Both the position numbers and the translations under genes were made by a program. A DNA stretch of 64,000 nt, from contig NC_092673.1 in NCBI RefSeq assembly GCF_964355755.1, positions 15,472,948 through 15,536,947 on the forward strand. The letters are read 5' to 3'. A model generated the notes under the pieces. The model was not told the DNA's origin, did not search any database, and worked only from the letters and a program-made list of their open reading frames with translations. Source of the DNA: Antedon mediterranea (taxonomy: Eukaryota > Animalia > Echinodermata). Below are positions 12,275 to 25,800 of the stretch, piece after piece. Each line of letters opens with the position of its first letter. Position 1 is the first letter of the stretch.

Positions 12275-13360
12275 TCATTATCTTTAAGATTGTTAAGTTT
12301 CTCACTGGTAGCCAACATGTCTGTTAGTGTTTCATATTGACCATCATCAAATCTGCAGAAAAATTTGTTTAAAGAGTCCACAAACTTCTTGTCACAGTCA
12401 CCTACGTATTTTTTCGGTTTTTCTTTGTAGTCAGTGAGCATATGCATTGCCTTCCAGGCCGAACGCGTGTCTTTGTCCTTGAAATGTTTTTCCATTTTAG
12501 CTTTATATTTTGGTTTTGCTTTTAAGATACTAGCATCAATCTCCTTCTGAATTCACTTCGCTTCATCTTTCTTACCGGCTGCATATTCTTTTTTCTTTTT
12601 AACATTTCGTTTCATGTAAAAACCATGGCTTGCAATTTGGGTACATTTTTGTCTTCCTTTTAGGTATAATGGTATCAGCACAATAGTTTATGTATGAACA
12701 AACAGCATTTACTTCAACATCGATAGAATTTTCGGATTCTGAGAAAACACCCCAGTCCGTAGATTCAAAACAACCCTTTAGCATATCAATTGCCTCTGTG
12801 CTCCAGATCTGCCTTTCTTTGACTACAGGCTTCTGTCTTTTTAAGATTGGCTTGTAGAGTGGTCTTAGAATCACGTTGTCGTGGTCAGAATTTCCCAATG
12901 GGGCACATGTTTTAGCATTATAAGCCTTGGGGATGTTTGAATAACACAGATCCAGAATTGCATTTCGTGTTGGTTGCTACACAAATTGTTTGCTACACAA
13001 ATTGTTTAAACGTAGGAAGAACAGTGTTCAGGTTACATTGGTTAAAATCTCCCAGAATGATTTTTACAGCGTCTGGGGAATGCGATTCAATATTATTGAC
13101 CTGCTCAGCAATGTGTTCACATGCGATAGTATAATTTGCACCTGGGTGAATATATAAAAATAAAAATTTGTGGAAATTCGCGCGGTAAGTAGAAAGGTCT
13201 GATACCAACAGTACGTACTTCATAGTCGGGTGTACAGGCTTTCGACCAAACCTTCCAGTTGTTACAAAATTGTTGGTTAATATAAAGACAGACTCCACCA
13301 CCTGTAGTTTTACCTGAATTTATGGTTACCAAGCGGGTCGCCATAGTGCAGCGCCACCAT
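10641..13360 (-). mobile_element. Rex1/Babar-clade LINE (APE endonuclease + RT), disrupted, with an internal 5' deletion
   Basis: ORFs 13117-13344, 12993-13301, 12599-12898, 11863-12495 and 10817-11665 give GGGVCLYIN, ILGDFN, SDH, KATGPDGI, DFRPIAITS, GAPQGCVISP, KYADDT and YKYLG; 3' tail AATAAA..(TCTTGAA)n at 10641-10670; frameshifts and stops. Confidence 0.92.
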
Positions 13361-13371
13361 CCATAATTTAA

Positions 13372-13707
13372 AGATATATTGTCCTCCTAAAAATTTTTTT
13401 GTTGAATATGTTATTTTAATGTCACATAATAGTTATTCACTATCACAAAAAATTGGGTCTGAAAAAAATTTATTTACCTGAGAAAAATGTAATTTAAAGC
13501 AAAAAATGGTCAAATTGTCTGGCATGGAAGACAATGAGTTTTTGGGTAATTTAACTGTTTATTTTGTCTTTTTATAGGTGAAATAATTTTTTTCCCCCCT
13601 TTTTTTTCTTATGGAAGTGAAGAACTTCATTAAAACTGCAAATTGGCCTATTCAAAGTCCGATTTTAAAAATCTTTATTTTTCATTATTTTGGGGGACAA
13701 TACATCT
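13372..13707. mobile_element. TTAA-flanked (Kolobok-like) MITE, family B, directly upstream of GPAT exon 1
   Basis: TTAA|AGATATATTGTCC...GGACAATACATCT|TTAA. Related copies at ~14757-14940 (partial), ~16240-16330 (partial) and 27483-27810 (inverted). Confidence 0.75.
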
Positions 13708-13872
13708 TTAACTTTAAAGAAACTTTTAAAATAGTTTTTTTTAATGGATTTTACATATACGGTAATATCAGAAGGGAGCAAGAAGTTTTTGAGGGCGCAC
13801 TACTATTTTTCCATTTTGGTTGGCAATTTACTGCATTTGTTGATTCGCGAGCATTCAATCAATGGCAAAAAA

Positions 13873-16800
13873 ATGCAGCTCTTTTTAACTCTTCTTGGTG
13901 TATACTTATCACCGCTAATTCTTATATTGAGCCTGATTATTATCCCAGCATGTTTTGGGGTTTCCATAGGACTTAGAAAGCTTTATATGCAGTTTTTACT
14001 TCGTTTGTTTGAGGTAAGTGCATTCATATATAAAGTTGTAGCCTAGCTAGCCTAGCTAGCCTACTGTACTGACTGTTTAGGCCCTAGGTAGGTAGGCTAC
14101 CCGCCCGGCCTGGCAGTAGTAGGCCCTAGCTAGGCCTAGTACCTGTACCTAATTTGGTAGCCTTACTAGGCCCCTAGACCTCCTCCTCTATTAATTTGTA
14201 TTCAGCTAGCTAGTCCTATGCGCAATTTGAAAGATTTCTTTGTGCAAGGGACATTACAAATATTATTGCGCAATTCAACGATGAAGAGGTGCGTCAAAAA
14301 ACCTAGGCCTAGGGTAGGGGGCACATCACATCAATGAACAACGGTGTGTTAATGACCGTCACTTTACCACCCACCATAACATAAACAACACGGTTACCTA
14401 AGGTAAGTCATATTTTTGACGCATGACGGGTGTGGTATTCATATTCATAAGGTAAGACGCACAGTGGAAAAATGATGCACCTTTCCCATACAATTGACAA
14501 GTGCATTATGCCAGCCAGCAGCTACAGTAATGCATTTTTGCAGCTACAAATATCTTTTTCAATTTTAATATTAAAATACTGTTAGTGTTACACTAATGAA
14601 AAATAATGTTTGGCAAAAAGTTGTTTTAAATTTTTCAGTTTGGGCGTCAACGATTAGCTTTAGAAGACAAAAAAAGAAATCATGATGATGAAGAAGAGGA
14701 AGAGGAGGAAAATTCATATGAATTAAGTAATAACTAATGTGACAGCTTTTTTAGATTAAACATGTACTGTCCCCCAAAAACATGAAAATTGAAAATTAAT
14801 AAAATCAGACTTTGAATAGACCATTTTGTAGTTTTAAGTTACAGTACACTACCATAGGAAAACACTTTTAACTGTTTCACCTATTATAAAAAGACAAAAT
14901 AAACTGTTAATTTTATCCACAACCTCATTGTCTGACAGGCAAATTGAATACAGGGCAAAATATCCTCTGATAACTTTAATGCTTTCGATATCGTTTGTGC
15001 GAATGTTCGCATACAGTAATTATGTTGAAATATTTATAATGATGTGGTGATTATATTGTAAATTTATCCAGTTTGTAGTAGTAAAGTGGGTTTTGTACAT
15101 TTTTTCTATGTGACTCTAGGGAGAGACAGAGGAGGAAGTGGTAGACACATTGCTCAGGGTGTCAAATACCAAAAATCTGTTGTTAATTCAAGAAATGGTA
15201 TTGGTAAGACACAAAGAGAATTTGAACTATCAGATGGATTATATTTTTGCAAAAAAGCTATGGAAGTAAGTTGTACTGACGATAATTGAAAACTTGGATA
15301 GTGTGAAGGGGGAAAAAGGGGAGTTTTGTTGAAATTACAGTAGATTTGATAAAAAGCTCAGAAATTACATCCTTCGTAGATTATTATTTTCATATTTCAA
15401 AACCAAATTAACCTGACATAACGATGGTGACAAAAAGAAAATACTGATGTGTTTTATTTGGTTTTAGGCAATAATTGATGATGACGTTACCAAAAGATTT
15501 TCAGCAGAGGGTAAGGATTTATTGGATTTTAAAAATTTAAAATTGTGTTTCTCAATAATATTTCTGTAGTCTTTAGTAAAAGTTGAATTTATGAAGAAAA
15601 AAAATCTAAAGTTTGCATTTCTACTGCATACAGTATCTTCAAAATAGTGTAATAGTTTTTAAAAAAATAGTAGAATTATTCCAGAATTTTGTTGCAGCAG
15701 ACACACTATCTATTAGACTTTCTGGTACATGTCTTGTTTATTAGAGGACCCCCCCCCCCCATATGAAAGAATGGTATGTGTGAATGGTCTACCAACAGAA
15801 GAGTTTTACAGGCCACTCTGCTACCAAACCAACATGTACTGTAACTGTTTAGAATTAATCCAGAGGATGTATTATCACAGTATGTTATTGTACAACAATA
15901 ATGTACAGTAGATGTTATCAGCTGTGCTTTATGAAAAGGACACAAGGTCAATAAATACAATACAAAAATCAATGTGCATTGAATATTCAAGAGATTTAAT
16001 TTTGATCTGAACCTGGAACATCATAAACTGTTCCTACAAAATAAAATCTCTCGTAACTTTATGAATGATAAAATTTGACAAATTGTTGTTGTATATGTTA
16101 TCATCTACAATTAATTTATTATAGTACTACAGTATGTGCTATAACAATGCATCCATCTACAATTAATTTATTATTTCATCTAATGATAGTTATATTTTGA
16201 ATTGACCTTGGAGAGCACTATCTTTGTTATGTACAGTTATTTAAAAGTATTGCCCCCAAAAACAAACAAAAAGACTTTGATTGAATAGGCCATTTTGCAG
16301 TTTTAATAAATTTAATCACTTTTTTTGTCGATCCAATTTTTGGTAAAAGCAATTTTAAATTTGTCTGTATTGCTATGTGGTGACTCAAAGAGGTCTGTAT
16401 TGTAGCAAGTTTGATATTACATATCTTTAGTCTAGACACCACATTAAATAATGTGATCAGGCTTTGATTAATTATGTTGCAATTTTTTCTTCTTTGTTAT
16501 CTGACTACATTGTGGGTTTGTAACATACTGATAACAATTCCATTGTGTTCAAATCTATGTTTCTTTTTTCTTTTTCATGTTAGTCAAACTACAACATAAA
16601 GGTCTGTAGTGATGCTTGAGGACCAGTCATTTTTATTGGTCATACCGCGTCAGTCAGTACTGTGAATCCCAGTATATAATTTGTTATAAAATTAATTCCA
16701 TAAAATTGTAATTTAGATATTTTTTTTGACAGAATTACCATCATGGAATCTTTTAACAAGAACCAATATGAATTATCAATATTTAAGGTACTGATCCAAC

Positions 16801-19800
16801 ACATTTTGTAAAAAATTAATTTCTAAAAAAGTTATCTCATTGAAAATGTTACTTGAAAATACTAGAGACAAAATTCCCCTCATTTAGCATTCTCCGAGAA
16901 AATTAAACTTCAGTGGTGGATCCAGGTGCCAGGGCCTAAATTATTGAAATGAAGTGCTGAACTTAATTTGATGTCCTATCTTTTGCATTACTGTTGGTGA
17001 AATTTAGAGGCCTGGGCCGACTGGATCCCCCTTGAATCTTCCTCTGCACTCTCTTCTGAAATAAAGACTTAAAACTGACTTACTTTAAAAAAGCCATGTA
17101 CATCTTTCGGAAATAGTAAGCCTTGGTATATCTATGTTCCTAATAAAAACATGTTTTTTATTTCTGTTTTGACGAGTTGTAGTTAATCTCTCTCTTTCTT
17201 TTTTTCAGTATGCGACTGACCATCCTTTGGGTTATGGGATTCATGATTCGTTATTTTATTTTATTACCAATAAGGTAAAGTAGATTCTCAATATCTAATG
17301 TAATTATTTTTTGATACACATTTCATTTACAAATAGGCCAAATAAAATGTTTGGTTTTACATTCTTTTAAACAATTAAATTTAACTGTTAACTATTATCC
17401 TTTGTCAAGCGTTCCAAGGTGTATAATTTATGCTATTAGCATATACACCTTGGACTATTATTATTATAATAGCATATATGCTATAATAATAATAATAGTT
17501 CATTCTTATATAAGCAAGCTCTCAATGCTCTGAACATTATTACCCTGGTCATTTTTTTTTTGGATCAAACACGTATGGAAATATACTCCCATAATGCAAC
17601 TATAGTAATCAGCGCAAAGTTGTGTCTTGATCTAACCGGGTACCCATTTATACACCTGGGTGGAGAGAGGCAAACGTAAATAAAGTATCTTGCCTAAGGA
17701 TACAAGCAATTATTATTATTATTGTTATATTTCAACGAGGCGAATATAAAACATTCATTATTTGTTTTATATTACATCTAAATAAATTGCTGTCGTTTAA
17801 ATCGGATTGAATAAAAGGTACATTTTTTTTAAACACAGTAAGATTTATTGCTTTTGAAACAATGTGCATATTTTACATTGCATAAATACTCATATATTAT
17901 AACGTACTACTGTAAATAAGATTTATTTGGAAAATTGTATTTTAATTGCATTTTTACAACAAAAAAAAGGTAACTGGCCCATGGAAGTGGAAGTGCTCTG
18001 ATTTGTAATTAGATTCACTACTAAGAGTTTGAGATTTTGATAGGATTGTTTCGGGTTCTGAAATGGCATTATTTGATTGGTCTTCTGAAACTTCATACAT
18101 TTTTGTAGTACAAGTACAGCTCATAGACATTTTCTTTTCATTACTTGTTCGGGGAGTAATGCTTTAATGACGATTCCGATCTATGCCCTGTAAACCAACA
18201 TTATATATCGATTTGGAAATCCTGCCTCATCAAGTATTGTGCATGTTGTAGCCCTTGACTATGATTTGTGTTTTGAGCATACAGCCTTTGCAGAAATCAT
18301 TTTCATCTTCTTTCCAATTGTATTTATACCTAACGGTGCATTTATGTACCATGGAGATCCATCATTTGGTGCAGTAGATTTAGGACGCTGCCGAATACAT
18401 TTTTGATTTGGATTTAACACTTCTTTGAAGGCAAGGAAACTTGAGACAGGGCACCTTTTTGAGCCACGAATTTCATACACACATTATGTCCACTACACTG
18501 CTCATCTTCATTTTCACGTCTCGATTTGGTCAAGGTATCACGATGTACAATGTAACGAAGATCGTTATCTACTTCAACAAAGATTAGCTAAGTAAATCAT
18601 AATATCAATAAACATTTTATTTTGAAGTCCATCTGGTATACTAATATCCAAAGAGTCAAGTATTTTCCCAATGTCTTCTTCACTCACTGCTTGTATGTGT
18701 TGCACTACACCTTTACTATCTTTTTTAAGCTAACAAGCATGGCTTTGTATGTTGTATTACTTTCAGTTATATCCACATCGTTTTTATCATGGAAGTGTCG
18801 GCCTAGGCCATAACGAATCGCATGCATCGATTTCTTTGTATACAATTCTCCGTCTTTTGTTCGTAGACCCCCATATTAGAATCGACTAAAAAAACAATCA
18901 AATTCTGTCGTGTTTAAACTTTCTACATCTGCCAATGTTGTGCCTGAAGCTTGTGAAAATGCCTTGATCCTTCGGATGGCATATTAATTTGCCTTTTCGT
19001 GTTGACAGAATCTGCTTCAGCATGTAATGTGGCTAGTTCCTGTTCATTCAACAGTGCAAAATTACTGCAACTAGAGTCGGCCATTTTGGTATCTTGTCAT
19101 CTGCTGTTGCTGCTCCCTGAGGTGTTTACAAACGAAAAACTGAGGCCTGACAACAGGTGGCGCTGTTGTATTTTTTTTCACCTGCCAAACGTTTTTTTTT
19201 ACACAAAAATGTTTTAAAATGTATATTAAACAATCGTTTAATAGTGCGTACACCATGTGACCAACAATCGTCCAATCAAATGACAGGAGATTATTTAGGA
19301 TATAAATTAAAATATTCTCATTAAATTGGTATGTTACAATACCTAATAGTAAAGCCCTGCATCAAAAAACTAAATATATGATCAGGCCTTTTTTAATCAT
19401 ATAATTGATTGCTAATAGAAGAAATATTAAATTGGAAGAGCAACATTTTAAATCATTTTTTTGTTATTATGTTTATTAGGTTAGCCGTGACTGTGTTTGC
19501 ATTATCCTATCTAATAACATCTACCACATTACTGGGATGTATGCCAGATTCAAAGTAGGTTTCAGAATTATTATTTTAAGCATTCATTCACAAATCTCAT
19601 TATGATAACCACAGATGTTATTTAATTTAATTTTGGTTGTAATGCTACAACTGTCTTTAATAGAACTAAAATTTTGAGACATTCTCAACCATGCTTTATT
19701 TCCTTTTGGAAATACATGGTGTACTGCAAACCTAACTTTACCATTTACCATCATCATCTTCTGCACAGCAATTTGACCTCCAGTCATGCTTGTCAGATCC

Positions 19801-22800
19801 AAAAGGTCATTGTTTGACTACACAACATTGGCCTAGACAACCTAGGCAAGCTTACAGCTTTTTCTCTCTGTGGGTGAAATCATTTATTGCAGGCAATGAT
19901 TGTACATTGTCCATAGGAGGTCTTTTGTTGTCCAATGAGAAGCATTCTAATATAGACGTTTGGTTTGTGTCTTTAGGAGGGCTGTACATCATCAAAACTA
20001 TTTTATGCCTTGCAAAGCACTCACACGCCCTTTGCAATTTCTAGTTATAAATTAAAATAAATGTAAAACAAATAAAAATTGAATTTGAAATAATTTTTTT
20101 TTTCATTCCAGCCTTAAACAAATACTTAATAAATATGTAAGTTTAACCGTCTATAGGATATTATGCCGCTGTTTTTCAGCTATGATCACCTACCATGGCC
20201 GGTAAGTATACAGAAATCTAGTATTTTTTATCTAGAAATTGACTATAGCTGTCTGTAAAGAACATTTATGTACTTGTCTTGGGAGATGTTTATAGAATGT
20301 TTAACAATATTTTTCTTGTAATTCAGAGATAATCGGGCTGTAGGTGGTGGTATTTGCGTTGCTAATCACACTTCACCAATAGACGTTTTAGTACTTGCCA
20401 GTGATAATTGCTATGCATTTGTAAGTCAATTCGTTATTTATATAAATTATATATTCATTTATTATATTTTGAGAGCTGCAGTAGCCGAGTGGTTAGGACA
20501 CAAAACAGATAGTATATCCAGGTTCTATTAATATACCTTTCTACAAGTAAAACCATATTATAATTTGTTAAGAGAGTTGCAGTAGCCGAATGGTTACCTT
20601 TCTACAAGGCAAACCAAATAATATTTAATGTTTGAGTTGGATGGTGAGAATATTTCATGAGTTTTTAACGAGTCGGAGATGAGTTGAAAATAGAGAAATC
20701 AATTTTTTCTTGAAAATTCTCTCTATATTCAAAAAAATTAAAAACTTTCATTAGTTTTTTTATAACATCTACTTTTATTAAATTTATCTATAAAAAATCA
20801 TCGACAAATGCTAGACTGGGTAATTAGGCCATTAAAAAGGACAACACTTTAACTTCAGTTAAATAGGGCGCTTGAACAAGATCAGTCAAAAATTCTGCAT
20901 GGCAAAAATTCTAAAAATGTTACAGAAAGCTGAAAATGCAAAAGAGTGCGTTATTTATCACCATGATATCACTTCTCAGTTCAGTAGGGCCAATTCCAAA
21001 TGACATGTGATGCCTAATTAACCAATCAAATTGCAAGAATACAATTTGATTTGTTAATAATTATTATTATTCTTTATTTGGTCCAATATAAAAATACATT
21101 AGAAATTCCTCTTATATACACTGCAGAGATAATAACAATATACATACATGCAGAAAACAGTTAATATAGAAAATCACAATAAAATATCAAAAAGTCTACG
21201 ATCCAGGTGTTCTCTCCATGAGTTAGCGCTGGACAAGTTTGTTATAGGTGACAATAGACTGTGGGACAAATGATTTATTGAAGCGTTTAGTACGGCTTCG
21301 AGGCAGACGGATACGAATATTAGAAGGAAGAAAAGTGTATTCCTTAAGGAGGGGGTGGTCTGTTTGGTAGAGTATACGTTTTACCAAGGAGAGAACACCT
21401 GCATCATAGTTGAAATTAAGAACGGATACATCAACTCCAATAACCCGCCCAGCTCTTCTGGTAATTTTATTTAATAGTTCCTTATCTTTTTCATATAAAC
21501 AAGCCTCCCAGATAATTCTACAAAAAGATATAACACTAAGTATGGTTGTAATGTTATTACACCAGTCCAGCTTTTCGTCTATTATAGTTCCTAGATATTT
21601 ATACTCTGGAACAACTTTGATTAACTCATTTCCTATATTAAGGGACTCATGAACTGACCTATTTTTTGTCCTAAAATCAACTATCAATTCACATGTTTTG
21701 TTTAAATTAATTTTAAGGTAATGGTCTTTACACTAATTAGTGAAATGGTTAACAATAACAGATTGGTTATTATTTATAAGACTAACAAGAACAGTGTCAT
21801 CAGCGTATTTGATTGCCATGCAGTTATACAGGGCACGACAATCGTCAGTGTAGAGAATGTACAGCAGGGGGGAAAGGACACACTCCTGTGGAGAACCAGT
21901 GCTATTAAAGATTATTGGCAGTAGATGTTTTATTTACAATAACCTGTTGGGATCTAAGGTGGAGAAAATTTCGGATCCAAAGAATAAGATATGGGTTAAT
22001 ACCAAAATTAAGAAGTTTAGGAAGAAGCATGTGACTTTGCAAGGTGTTGAAAGCAGAGGAAAAGTCGATAAAAAGAAGACGAGCATAGGAGTTAGAGGTT
22101 TCAAGATGCTTTTTGATATAGTGGACAAGGGTTGCTGTAGCATCCTCCACACCACGATGCGCCCTGTATGCGAACTGCATGGCATCAAGTTTTGGTTCTA
22201 CAACAGGCTTAATTAAATTTACAATGAATCTCTCTAAACACTTAATGATCAGAGAGGTCAAGGCGATTGGTCGGTAATCATTCAAGTTGTTTACAGTAGA
22301 CGATTTAGGAACGGGGACAATTAATGAATGTTTCCAAATGGAGGGAATAAGACCTGATTTTAGTGTTAGCTGAAAAATATGTTGAAAAATGGGGGATATT
22401 TGAGTTGTACATTCTCTAATTAAAATACCTGCTAGTCCATCGGGACCAACTGCTTTCCTAATTTTAATTTTACGAAAGAGCTGTGTAACATCTTCGACTG
22501 AGATGTTAACAGGATTACTTCCGGTATCTAAATTATTACAAAAAGTGAGGGTCACTTCCTCAAAATTATCAGTGTCAAATCTACAATAAAATTCATTTAA
22601 CGATCGTGCCAATTTTTCATCATTGAAACCTGTGAGCATTTTAAAGGAAGTGTTATTTTTACACCCAGTTAGTGATTTAACATCATTCCAAGTCTCCTTG
22701 GATTTATTCTCTGAGAAATTTTTCTCAATTTTTTCCTTGAATTTCTGTTTAGCTTTTTTTATACAATATTTCAAGTTTGATTTAGCTAACTTAAGGCCAG

Positions 22801-25800
22801 CATGGTCATTATTCTTAAATGCAAGTGATTTGGCTTTTAAGGCCACCTTAACATTATGATCTAACCAGGGCTTGTCATTTGGGTACAATTTCACCTGCTT
22901 ACGAGGGATGGTTAATTCCTCACAAAAAGAGATATATGACGACACAGTTTCAGTTAGTTCATGGATATCACTAGTGTTAAATCAGGACACTCCATTCTGT
23001 AGCCTCTAGGCAGCCCTTAAGCTTTTCAAGATGTTCGGGGTACCATAATTTAATCGATTTGGTGTCCACCTTACTTGACTTCAATTTTTGTTTATAACGT
23101 GGCAATAGCTGTATAACTTGGTGATCCGACGCACCGATTCCAGATAACTTGAACGATTTATAAGCCCGCGGTATATTACAATAACAAAAATCAAGTGTAT
23201 TTCCTCCTCTTCTCGCACATGAGACATACTGTTTAAAATTAGGTAAGACACAGTTAAGTTTACACTGATTCAGATCTCCTAGAATTAGGACAGGGCTCTC
23301 AGGAGAGCGAGCTTGGAGTCTATGAGTGTGCTCAGCTATAGCATCCGCAGCAATTGAAATGCATCCTGGCACATAAACAACAATAACTTTAATGCAACCA
23401 AATTCTCTTGGCAAATAAAAAGGCCTAAGTGTCAGTGACAGCAATTCGTAATCTGCAGTGCAGAGTTTGTCAATAACTGTAATATTTGAGCACCATCTAT
23501 CATTTATGTAACAACATATTCCACCGCCTTTAGACTTATTCGATTCCAAAGTACGATCACCGCGAACACACAAGAAACCATTTATCTTTACACTGCTATC
23601 AGGTACTTGCTCATTGAGCCACGTTTCGGTGATGCAAATAAGGTTAGCGTCACGGTATGTACGATCAAATTTAACAAGAGCACTTAGTTCATCAGTTTTA
23701 TTTTTTACTGACCTTAGATTCGTGAGAAGAATTGAGGGCAATGGAAGTCTATTTAATCTACGGCGTAAGCGTTGTTTAATACCACCTCTTTTCCCTCTCT
23801 TCCGATTCTTTTTCCTATATAAATAAGGCGAGAGGTTTTGTCTGGACAACTCGTACGGAATTTAAAAAATGGCCGCCTCACAACACGTGTTGTTATTACG
23901 TAGTTCGTGCAGCTCCTTGCCCGTGTATCTCACAACTAATACAGCATGGCTTGTGCTGGCTGTTGCGGCTAGGCACATCCAGAGCAATTTGGGCAAAAAA
24001 AAATAAACACTAAGAACACGAAATTAGTTCCACGATACACCATACCACATAAAAAAAAACAACTGACAGCAATTAGACCAAACAACAGATTTCAAAAACG
24101 ACAAAATAAGGTGCAAGAAAACTACTGCAGTGTATAAGCGTCGCATTTATGTAAAGCGCCACCAATTATTATTATTAATATGAAATAATTCCCAAAACAT
24201 TTGTTTAGATTGGTCAAAGTCATGGTGGTTTATTTGGTGTAATTCAGCGAGCTTTAAGTAGGTCAGGAACTGACCATATATGGTTTGAAAGATTTGAAAT
24301 TCAAGACAGAAGGGGTGTTACACAAAGGTATGTAACTTGAAGGACTTAAGTATAATTTCAACCCCATAATGGCAATGACAACTTCTTTTATTTTCATTTT
24401 TTAAGTTCACTGGAGAGCTATTCCATAATCAATTTTTTTTGGTAAATTTTTAATGCAATCAAGTTCCTGTTTTTTGAAAATTTCATACCCAGGCCTCCTT
24501 TTAGATTGGGTCATATAAAGTATATTGCTTTGATTACTGGAGCGAAAAAAAAATCTTGTACACCCATCCTTGTCACTGGGCTATGTTGTCCTTGTTTAAT
24601 GTTCATGCCTCTGTGACAAATATGTAATACAGCCTCCTGATGCCGAATTTAAAATTGTACATTTTTTATTTCAGGTTAAAAGAACATGTTGAAGATGCAA
24701 GAAAATTACCAATGTTAATTTTCCCCGAAGGTATTGTTTTTTTTTTTCGTTTTGTTCTTCAGACTAGATTTACATTTATTATTTATTTTGTGTGGGCATA
24801 AACAACATTTGACAGTTAATTGACTAAATTGTTTCAACAAAATCTGTGCCTTTTATCTCATTGATTGAAAGTCGAGATTGAATGAAATAGGACACCACAA
24901 CAAAATTTCATTTCCTTTTAATTTGCCCATTATATTTTTTACTCGGAAAACAATTTTTCCCATAATTTTATTATACATACCCGTCTATAAATAAATTATG
25001 TTTACTTAATAAATACTTTAAAATATTAATTTATCAACTGTATTATCTAAATTTATGTAAATATTCTATATATATATATATATTGTAAACATCACAGGCA
25101 CAATATTCTAAAGTAAATTAATTTGAAAAAATAAAGTTGAAGAAATCTGTATATAAACACCACAGGCACAGAATAAATTCGAAACTGCCTGGTGATATAC
25201 TGAAATGTAATTAATTAATTTGTAATGATAAAGATGAGGAAATCTGTATAAATATCACAGGCAAAGAATAAATTTCAAACCGCCCAGTGATTTAATTAAT
25301 TAATTTGAAGCGTTAAAGATGAGGAAATCTGTGAGAATGAGAAAAACTCGCTCCAATTGAAATTCAAACCCGAAACTTTCTTCTTGATATGCATATGTCC
25401 TAATCATTAGACCATTTCATGGTATTTTCCAACCCTGATTGGATAGCGACTCTTTAACACTCTTGGTGGGTTACGGCATAATATGAATAAATTCCCGGAC
25501 GAAAACATGATTGTAAATTTAAGGGCCAAGGAACAATTTTTAAGTAAATGAATATAAAATTATAAAATAAAATCATTGGTCATATTGTAGTCTGTTGTAT
25601 ATATTTTAACTAACCTTTTGATTAATTTTTTATATCTTTTGGATAAAAAAATGAATTGTTATTATTTCCGAAGGTACATGTATCAATAATACATCAGTAA
25701 TGATGTTCAAGAAAGGAAGTTTTGATGTTGGTGGTGTAATATATCCAGCTGCTGTTAAGGTTTGCCATTGCACACATTATTTGCTTGTACAATGTTTCTT

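Noticed and set aside
18140-19084. Nested host gene (ZMYM/KCTD1/QRICH1-like) in the GPAT intron
   Set aside because: Intronless, with several frameshifts and repeat-like ends; better explained as a Crypton relic.
19770-20045. Coding-like stretch in GPAT intron 7
   Set aside because: No consistent frame or identifiable motif; possibly an old TE fragment, not supportable.
11226-23826. Plus-strand ORFs over the two LINEs (11226-11555, 12101-12340, 21410-21652, 21857-22216, 22623-22859, 23614-23826)
   Set aside because: Antisense shadows of the RT/endonuclease frames.
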